The notes under the pieces: generated by a model
What the model saw: the letters and a program-made list of their open reading frames with translations, nothing else
Told to the model about the DNA's origin: nothing
Databases searched by the model: none
Shown: piece after piece, positions 13,701 through 64,000 of the stretch
Numbering within the stretch: the first letter of the stretch is position 1
Layout of the letters: each line of letters opens with the position of its first letter
From: Carcharhinus longimanus
Taxonomy: Eukaryota
Length of the DNA stretch: 64,000 bases
Direction: 5' to 3'
Assembly: GCA_030264375.1 (NCBI GenBank)
Contig: JASCQW010000122.1
Coordinates: forward strand, 23,530,388 to 23,594,387
Program-made: the position numbers and the translations under genes

Positions 13701-16700
13701 ACCTATAATGCACTTTGACAGGTGTACCATTTCCCTTCCTACTTCATGACTTTATCCATTCATGTCTTAAGCCCCCTTGTTCCTGATACGTGTGCAGGAT
13801 GGTATCCTTTTATTGGTGCTGCCCTATGTAATTAATATAGGAACATGAACCAGAATGCTTATGGAAAAGCTAGGTTTTGAATGAAATATGGGAACGCTTA
13901 TAAATGTAAAACTAAAATAATTTACACAGGCCTTGCATGAAATGGATTAATAATTGCAATATGCTTAACACAAAGTAATCAAAATGAGGGAACTAAAACA
14001 ATATATACAAGTGCAAGATCATAGATATTAAGTTGCAAAAAAAAGGATATTAACTGTAGCTTTTATTTGTGTATAAATTCTGTAAGCCACATATACAACA
14101 GAAAATCTTTTTAATATTTCCCTTCAGGCATTGGATGTATGGTAACAAGAATTTGAAGAAGAAAAATGCCCACGGTAAATAAACACACCTTGAATTGTCT
14201 CTGAGGAAGTGCCTGCTTACAGAATTTTCTTGTTTATTTAAATGGACAATGTCATTCCAGTCAGAATTTTAAAGAGCTATAAATGAAGATTGTTTCACCT
14301 CACTACGATTTGGGGGAGACCTTTTTTCCGTAGTTTTGCTTGTTGTATATTTAGACATTATCTATGGGATTGGTGCCTTGTCTACGTTTTTAAATTGGTG
14401 ACAAAATCATACGTTTTCTAACTCTTCAAATGTTTCGAACAATAAGTGATCACATTGCGATACTAGCTGGAAAGAGTTGTAAATCTCAATACTGAGCGAG
14501 ACCCAAGTTATCAGTTGATATGTTCATTCACTCAGGGTGTTTCAGCCGTTTGTCAACTTAGCTAACTCAGACTTCAGAATTCTCTTTCCCTATTGGAATT
14601 ATGGTCATTTTTTGTGGGGTGTATTTAGAAAAAATATCCTTAAGGGTATGAATTTGTTGCTTGTAAAGTTTATCAGTTTCAACATTTAGGATTTTTAACT
14701 AATTACGCCCAAGGCTAAAGTTATATAATACATTGCATTTTTGTGGATTAAAAAAAATGAACAGACAACTGATTAAAAAGTATAAAAGCTAAATGTTAAC
14801 TTGTTCAAAACTGAATTTAATTTGAATAGCTACATCTTACATTAATGACAAAATCTTTTAATTCAGTATTGTGAATGTTGTTCGTAAGCTTCCTAAATGT
14901 TTTTTATTTTTTTTTGAGAAACCTTTTCTTACCTTTAAACGATACAAAACAATGTAGTTGGATGCGACAACCTGCTCGCCCTGCTTAAAGCAATGAATAC
15001 CTTTTCACACATCCCCTACCCATTGCTTATTCTGAGTGCTGGGCTATGAACCCAACATTTCCACAATCTAGACACATGGATCACAAGTTCCGAAAGGGAA
15101 AGAAGACATTTCATCCCCTGGCAAAAAATGAGGATTTAATTTCACAAACTTGGATAATACCAACGCTCTGACAGAGCATTTTGCCTAAATCCACCTCCCA
15201 CCCTACCCCGTTACCCTTCACATTTACCATGGCTAATCCACCTAACCTACAAATCATGGGACACCAGAGGGCAAGTTAGTTTGGCCAATCCACTTAATCT
15301 ACACATATTTGTACTGTGCAAGGAAACTGGAGCAACCAGAGGAAACCCACAAACTTCACACAGACACTGACCCAAGGCTGGAATTGAACCTGAGTATACC
15401 AATTGTTCCAGTTGTTACTATTTGTCCTTTCTTGACAATCTTTTTTTAGTCATTTGGCCATTACCCTTAGCTGTTGCATGGGAAACTTGAATATTAGATT
15501 TGGGTGGATTCGCAGCATGAGAAAGGAGTTACTAGACTCTGCCAGCACAGAAAACCCAGAGTACATAACTGACAAACCAAGTTAACAAAATGGGAGTAAT
15601 GGGAGGTTGGGAACTCATTTAAATCCACCACCTGTAGCAAAATAAACAAAAACCAATTTAAAACTCCATACCATATCCCATTTAAACTCCATAAAATTCC
15701 TCTCCACTCCTTGTTGAAGACTTAGGGGTGCTGTTATCGTAAGAGGACTCAACCACATGATCTGATTTTAAAGAAAACCATGTCAGCTGCTATGGGTTCA
15801 AAAACTGTCAGGATTGTAAATGATTATCTAATTTCTGATTATCTAGTACAGTGGTGGTAATCTTGCATGTAAATTGGAAATTGGCCACAGAATCTAAACT
15901 GATATTGCAGTTCTGCATTGATAAGTTCCTGCCTTCCAGATTAGACATTGAACCAAGTCTATAATTTTATTTCCATCGGGCAACACAGTGGCACAACAGC
16001 AGTTAACACTGCTGCCTCACAGTGCCAAGTACTCGGGTTCAATTCCGGCCTTGGGTCACTGTCTGTGTGAAGTTTGCACGTTCTCCCCATGTCTGCGTGG
16101 GTTTCTTCTGGTTGCTCTAGTTTCCTCTCTGTCCAAAATATGTGTAGATTAAGTGGATTGGCCATACTAACTTGCCCACTGGTGTCCCATAATTTGTAGG
16201 TTAGGTGGATTAGCCATGGTAAACGTGATGGGTAATGGGAGTAGGGCAGGAGGTGGATTTGGATAAAATGCTCTGTCAGAATGTTAGTGCAGACTCCATG
16301 GGCCGAATGGCCGCTTCCTGCAGTGTATAGATTCTAGAGATTCTATGGATATGCAACCTCTCACCACTGTTGTATTTATCAGTTGTAGTATGAAAGCAAT
16401 GTCGATGCATATCTCCTATTGGAAGGAGTTTCACACAGTTTATCTGTTAGCACTGCTACCTTTTTAAGTCTTTACACCCAACATTCCGTAATTCCCCACC
16501 ATCATTCCAGCAGGAGCTATAGAACATCCCCCTTCTCCACCCACAATTACACAAACAATGAAGAGCCTCAAACCTTGTGCGCACGTTGTTTTTTAAGATT
16601 CCCATGATTTTATGAACTAGGATGAAAGGAAGCTTTAAGTATCATGGATGGTGAGAATAACTAAAAGTGACAAAAATGGTGGTGGAATCAATGTTATGTA

Positions 16701-16869
16701 TCATTTTCTATTTGAGAACTTGACTTTTAATAACAGTAAACTCCATTACCTTTTTCATTTTTAAGTTGGCGAGCATGAACGAGGCTGGTTCCCAAGAAGA
16801 TGCGTAGAGAAGTGCTTGTATGACAGTGCCACAGAGAAACCAACAGAAGAGGAAAAAAAGATTTTGTAA
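4616..16869 (+). CDS. ZDHHC6: Palmitoyltransferase ZDHHC6, 3' part: join(4616-4775,5008-5169,5619-5672,8321-8488,9681-9722,11488-11633,14128-14174,16766-16869); 5' exons not found in window
   Basis: Eight GT-AG bounded exons with compatible phases translate to one open frame from RCVMKMDHHCPW to ERGWFPRRCVEK...EEEKKIL*. Contains the DHHC motif, an SH3-like C-terminal region and a KKxx end; adjacent to ACSL5 as in other vertebrates. Confidence 0.96.
5008..5169 (+). CDS. ZDHHC6: ZDHHC6 exon (TM region)
   Basis: tttcag|ISFGWSSVKIDMS...LGLAIGTTIAVGMLFFIQ|gtact; 162 bp. Confidence 0.95.
5619..5672 (+). CDS. ZDHHC6: ZDHHC6 exon (TTxE motif)
   Basis: ttgtag|MKVILRNKTTIEVWIEEK|gtaggt; 54 bp. Confidence 0.95.
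6143..6430 (-). mobile_element. HE1/V-SINE-type tRNA-derived SINE (tail type B)
   Basis: Reverse complement of gcacagtggttagtactg...gggttcgattccc (pol III A/B boxes), V-domain and the ...cacagtaacttcatt tail. Confidence 0.85.
6935..7090 (+). mobile_element. SINE 3' half (CR1-like tail, type A)
   Basis: gggtgggattgtggtcggtgcag...ctgtaggatttctatgatctatga. Confidence 0.7.
7227..7430 (+). mobile_element. CR1 3' end with N gap
   Basis: gcaggctcgaagggccagatggcctactcctgctcctatttcttatgttcttatgttctta. Confidence 0.8.
8321..8488 (+). CDS. ZDHHC6: ZDHHC6 exon (PaCCT-type motif)
   Basis: tcatag|AKDRIQYYQTGEEFIFPYDLGSKWKNFRQVFTWSGVPETDGIVWPVREGSHQYTLT|gttaat; 168 bp. Confidence 0.95.
8780..9145 (+). 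mobile_element. Deu-domain SINE, degenerate
   Basis: Similar to 3060-3340: cctgaccaatattcatccctcaa...tttcgggatgtcctaaggacatgaaagg. Confidence 0.55.
9681..9722 (+). CDS. ZDHHC6: ZDHHC6 exon
   Basis: ttacag|IEQLKQKADKRVRS|gtaagt; 42 bp. Confidence 0.94.
10057..10345 (+). mobile_element. HE1/V-SINE-type SINE (tail type B)
   Basis: cagtggctagcgctgctgcctc...gggttcgattccc...taaataaactt. Confidence 0.85.
11488..11633 (+). CDS. ZDHHC6: ZDHHC6 exon (SH3-like domain, palmitoylated cysteines)
   Basis: gaacag|VQYRVIEDYSGACCPITKGVKTFFCTPYTEEPRIQLKKGELILVTRGL(P)|gtaagt; 146 bp. Confidence 0.95.
14128..14174 (+). CDS. ZDHHC6: ZDHHC6 penultimate coding exon
   Basis: cttcag|G HWMYGNKNLKKKNAH G|gtaaat; 47 bp; phases 2 and 1 fit the neighbouring exons. 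Confidence 0.9.
15160..15392 (-). mobile_element. V-SINE copy
   Basis: Reverse-complement match to the 15978-16348 copy. Confidence 0.8.
15978..16348 (+). mobile_element. V-SINE copy, full length
   Basis: tRNA-like head, V-domain, tail gattctagagattctatg. Confidence 0.85.
16766..16869 (+). CDS. ZDHHC6: ZDHHC6 last coding exon
   Basis: tttaag|(V)GEHERGWFPRRCVEKCLYDSATEKPTEEEKKIL TAA; C-terminal KKxx ER-retrieval motif. Confidence 0.94.
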
Positions 16870-17080
16870 CAGTCCCTGTTGCTTTTGACAGCAGAATTTG
16901 TAATGGCCTGCTATTTTCCTTGGCTTGAAAGTTTTAACCTTTTTTTCACGTTTAATTTATACCTGCTTTGATAAAACAACAGTTTCCACAAGCATTGCTT
17001 TTTTTTTATATAATCTAATTCCTTCGGATTCTCAATGTTTGTGAAACAACCTAATTATGGCGATCTAGAGAGTCAGAATC

Positions 17081-17086
17081 AATAAA
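17081..17086 (+). promoter_or_regulatory. Candidate polyadenylation signal for ZDHHC6
   Basis: First AATAAA after the stop codon; further ones at 17413 and 17467. Confidence 0.4.
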
Positions 17087-18237
17087 TCATCTTTTCCTTT
17101 CAGACGGGTTTGTGGTGGTCCATCTTTAGTGAAACTAAGGAATCAATTTCCTAGTGCAAATTGGTGCTGTAGTTTATTGATTTTGATATAATTTATATGG
17201 AAATATTTAGTAGCATCACAAATTGCATGAATAATCCTGCATGGTGAGCAAAGACTTTAGTTGATACGGTATCAAAATTTCAGTATGTTCCAGGTATAAA
17301 GTCAATCAGGGGCTTTTCTCTGGTTTGTCAAGCTTAATCAAATAGCTAACTAATTCCAATAACACTTAACAATTTGAATTGTATAATTTTTGCAGAATTA
17401 GAAGTAAACCCAAATAAAATGCACCCCTTCTACAGTGTTTGCTTTTACCTTTTGGAGTAGGTTTGGAATAAACCACTGCGGCTCGTTAACCCATACTTAA
17501 GTCAGTGAGTACGTGATAATAGTTACCTGCATAGAAGTGGTTGTGCCCACAAATGTGATTTAAAATCAAGCTAAATGTGTTCAAATTTTATTTTCCTGCA
17601 GGATGAGAAGTGGACACTTTTTTTTCCCAGATAACTCACTGTTTTGGTAGGAAATAAGTTTTGGCAAACCAAGGCCACATCTGCCCTCGAGTGTGCCAAT
17701 ATCATTATATTAAAAAAAAAACAAGGTAGGACTGTCTGATTCTTGCCCATAATTTAATGCTCAACCAACATCAGTTATATGACCAGAAATATTTCTGATT
17801 TGCTTTTGTTATTACGCAAGTGAGTAAACTGTTAAAATGCGTTGCAGTTACTTGTGGGAATGATGGATGCTGAAGAACCTAGATGGAGAAAAGCAGTCAA
17901 TATCATAGCTCAAAAAAGTTAGATGGTTGAGTTTGGGCAATCATCACAGTTGAGTTCAGGGACATGCTCTGATCCCAACCATCTACAATTGTTTTAACTT
18001 TTTTCCATGGGCATTTAGTCATGTCTCTGCAACACACATTTTTTTGTACTTTCAGGCAAGGAGTTTGTGGTTGTACTGCTGCATGGGATGGGGAATGTTT
18101 TGAATCATTTCACATGGAAGATCTTCACTGCATTAGTTCACATTTTTTGACTGCAATGTGAAGCTCTGGTAAATAAGGTGCCTCTCAGCAGTTTGTATTA
18201 ATCCTAAAGAAAATCACAATTTTAGTCTAGATTTCTT

Positions 18238-18243
18238 TTTATT
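18238..18243 (-). promoter_or_regulatory. Candidate polyadenylation signal for ACSL5
   Basis: tttatt on + (AATAAA on -), the first I found downstream of the ACSL5 stop; others at 17587 and 17173. Confidence 0.35.
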
Positions 18244-18277
18244 GAGGGGGTGAAAAGTTTAAGCTTGCATCGTTACT

Positions 18278-18572
18278 GGTGGTGTGGTGGCACAGTGGTT
18301 AGGCAATGCTGTCTCTCGGTGCCAGGGACTTGGGCTTGATTCCTGGCTTGGGTCACTGCCTGTACGGAGTCTGCATGGGTTTCCTCCAGGTGCTGCAGTT
18401 TCCTCCCACAGTCCAAAGGTGTGTGTTAGGTGGATTGGCTATGATAAATTGCCACTTAGTGTCCGGGACTAGCTAGGGTAAATGCAGGAGGATATGGGGA
18501 TAGGCTTTGGATGGGATTGTGGTTAGTGCAGGTTCAGTGGTTTAAATAACCTTCTGCATTGTAGAATTCTAT
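18278..18572 (+). mobile_element. V-SINE between the two stop codons
   Basis: ggtggcacagtggttag...ctgcattgtagaattcta. Confidence 0.85.
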
Positions 18573-18852
18573 ATTTTGCATGAATTGTTCCTATAGTAAG
18601 CTGGGTCCCTGATTAGTACAATTTTCTCCCCTCCCACTAGCAACATATGCACCATCAGACAATTCTTAAAACTTAATTTGAGCCAAGAGTTTGAAACATT
18701 GCACATACAAACCTGTCCTTCTAAAAACCCACACAAAATTGAGTTTTTTTACAATGTGCTTTAATGCATTAGTAGTACAGTTTGAGTCTAAATCTTCAGT
18801 CCAACACTGTACAAACAAGATCACAATCCAGAGGTTCTTTGTGCATTGACAA

Positions 18853-62165
<43,313 letters not shown>

Positions 62166-62320
62166 CTTATAAACTTCTGGAGAAAACGCTGTAAACCTGT
62201 AATAATTAGACAACAAAAAGACAATCACTTAGGCATTTTGCACAATTGATCATCTCTGAACACTTGTTTGATAACAATATCAATCACAATAGTTACTTTA
62301 TGAAATAGATTTACATGATA

Positions 62321-62793
62321 TGATGATACTATGCCTTTAAGAAAGATATTTATATCAAGTTTCTTGTAAGGGGTATGTTTAAAATTCAGCTCTGTTTTAC
62401 ATGGTGTTGATTTGTCTGCAGATAAGGCAGCTGGCATGTTCAGAATGCAGGCTCATGTTTGGTTTTAGCAGCCCAAGTAAACGCATGTAAGCCTGTGTGT
62501 TGCTAATTGGCTTTGAAGAAGAGTTTAAATCTGTAAGTGGAATATTGCTTGAATTGGAACTCATAGTGATAGATTAGCAATTAAGAATTGTATCTGGTCA
62601 TGTGTGAGTATTTCAATCGGTAAAAGTTAAACTATTTCATTCATCATAGTATTGTTAAATAAAGCTTGTTTTGATAAAGGCTTCTTGGTATGTCAATAGA
62701 ATCATGCCTGGAGTGGAACATCTTATCCTCACACTAATGCCAAAATTTGGGCTTCATAGCTTACTTTAGGGTTTCTAATTTGGTACCTTAACA
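62321..62793 (+). mobile_element. Possible solo LTR just upstream of ACSL5 coding exon 1
   Basis: tgatgatactatgcctttaagaaa start, AATAAA at ~62658, ends taaca; no TSD verified. Confidence 0.3.
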
Positions 62794-64000
62794 ACTACTT
62801 TTCTTCATCTCTCTTTCTCACATATATTGATTGACAATCTTACGTAACTGCCAGGGTTAGTCATTGCTCATTCATCAAGCAAAACAGCACGTAAAGTTGA
62901 ATGAATCTGGATATTTGGTATGCAAAACTCAAGAACTATTTTATTATGTGTGCTTGATATACTACTACTATAAACAAACCACAAAATTACTTAAAAGTGA
63001 CTCAGAAGCATCATTCTCTTCTCATACTCTGATCATTAAATACAGCTTAAAGCTTAAAGAACTGCAGTTGACAAACTTCCCCATCCATCTTCTAGTGTAT
63101 TCTAATAATTAGCCATCACAAGGTTATGATAACAGGTCAACACACAGATTGCCACAGCTGTTTACCTCAGAAAGAAAATAGCTTATCTCCTTTTAAAAAA
63201 AAGTGCTATGGAAAAATCATGCTTACAGCTAGATTGCTTCTTTTCATTATCTAAACACCATATTTACTTCCTGTTGCAATTAGTTCCAATCTAATTAACC
63301 TCCCCTCCTTTTCTTCCCTTTCTCCCCTTCATCTTCTTCTCCCTTACACCATCCATTCCCTTCACATGATTTTTTTTCTTTGATAGCCTCATGTTTATTG
63401 TAAGGGAGGATTTTATTAATGACTTGTATTTCTAAATCAATGACTCACCCAACCTATCCCTAAGGACCGGATATGAAAGGTAAATCCAGTCATTAAAATT
63501 AAATTGTTAAGATGTAGGGCAAGGAAACAATGATTCAATCTTAAGTTTTAGGACTGACATCAGGATTTTTTTTCTCACACCATGAATGATACGCAATTGG
63601 GCTGAATTTTGAAAATGATTAGGAAAGGCAAGTCAATTGAAGGGTGGGAAGGATGACTTCATTCTAAATGGATCAAAGAAAATGGGCCGAATGGCCGGCC
63701 TTAAGCGTAATTATCCTGTGACAGGAAAGGTTTTTATTGGCACGTGAAGTCAGGAAAAATCTTGTCGAACACCAGAACATCTTTGGAGAACAGAGGTAAA
63801 ATTTATTCAAAATGAGAAATAATAATTTAATGGAGTAGTTAGAACAACTAAAAATGGAACAAATGAAGACCAAATTAAAATGTAATATCTTCATGGACAC
63901 ATTTACATAAACAGATGAGGTGCGAATATGAATCAGTTTCTAATGTTTCACCTCTTCATAAAAAATGGCTCCAAAGGAAAAAATGGTTTACAGAATATTG

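Overview
Vertebrate nuclear DNA, most likely a shark or other cartilaginous fish (HE1/V-SINE-type SINEs, CR1 LINEs, Deu-domain SINEs and Penelope-type elements), from a draft assembly with several N gaps. Two intron-rich genes lie tail-to-tail. On + are the last 8 coding exons of the palmitoyltransferase ZDHHC6 (4616-16869, DHHC motif to KKxx C-terminus). On - is the complete 20-exon, 677-aa coding sequence of long-chain acyl-CoA synthetase ACSL5 (62165-18853). The stop codons are about 2 kb apart. The standout anomaly is a single intact 118-bp exon of an unrelated gene, the Ras-GEF SOS1 ([40 protein letters not shown]), with both splice sites, lying antisense inside an ACSL5 intron (29442-29559). 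No other SOS1 exons were seen. Other observations: a relocated palmitoylation cysteine in ZDHHC6, two hairpin-forming Penelope-type insertions just downstream of ACSL5 splice donors, and inverted SINE pairs around in-frame exon blocks. Protein comparisons are from memory of the human orthologues; no searches were run.
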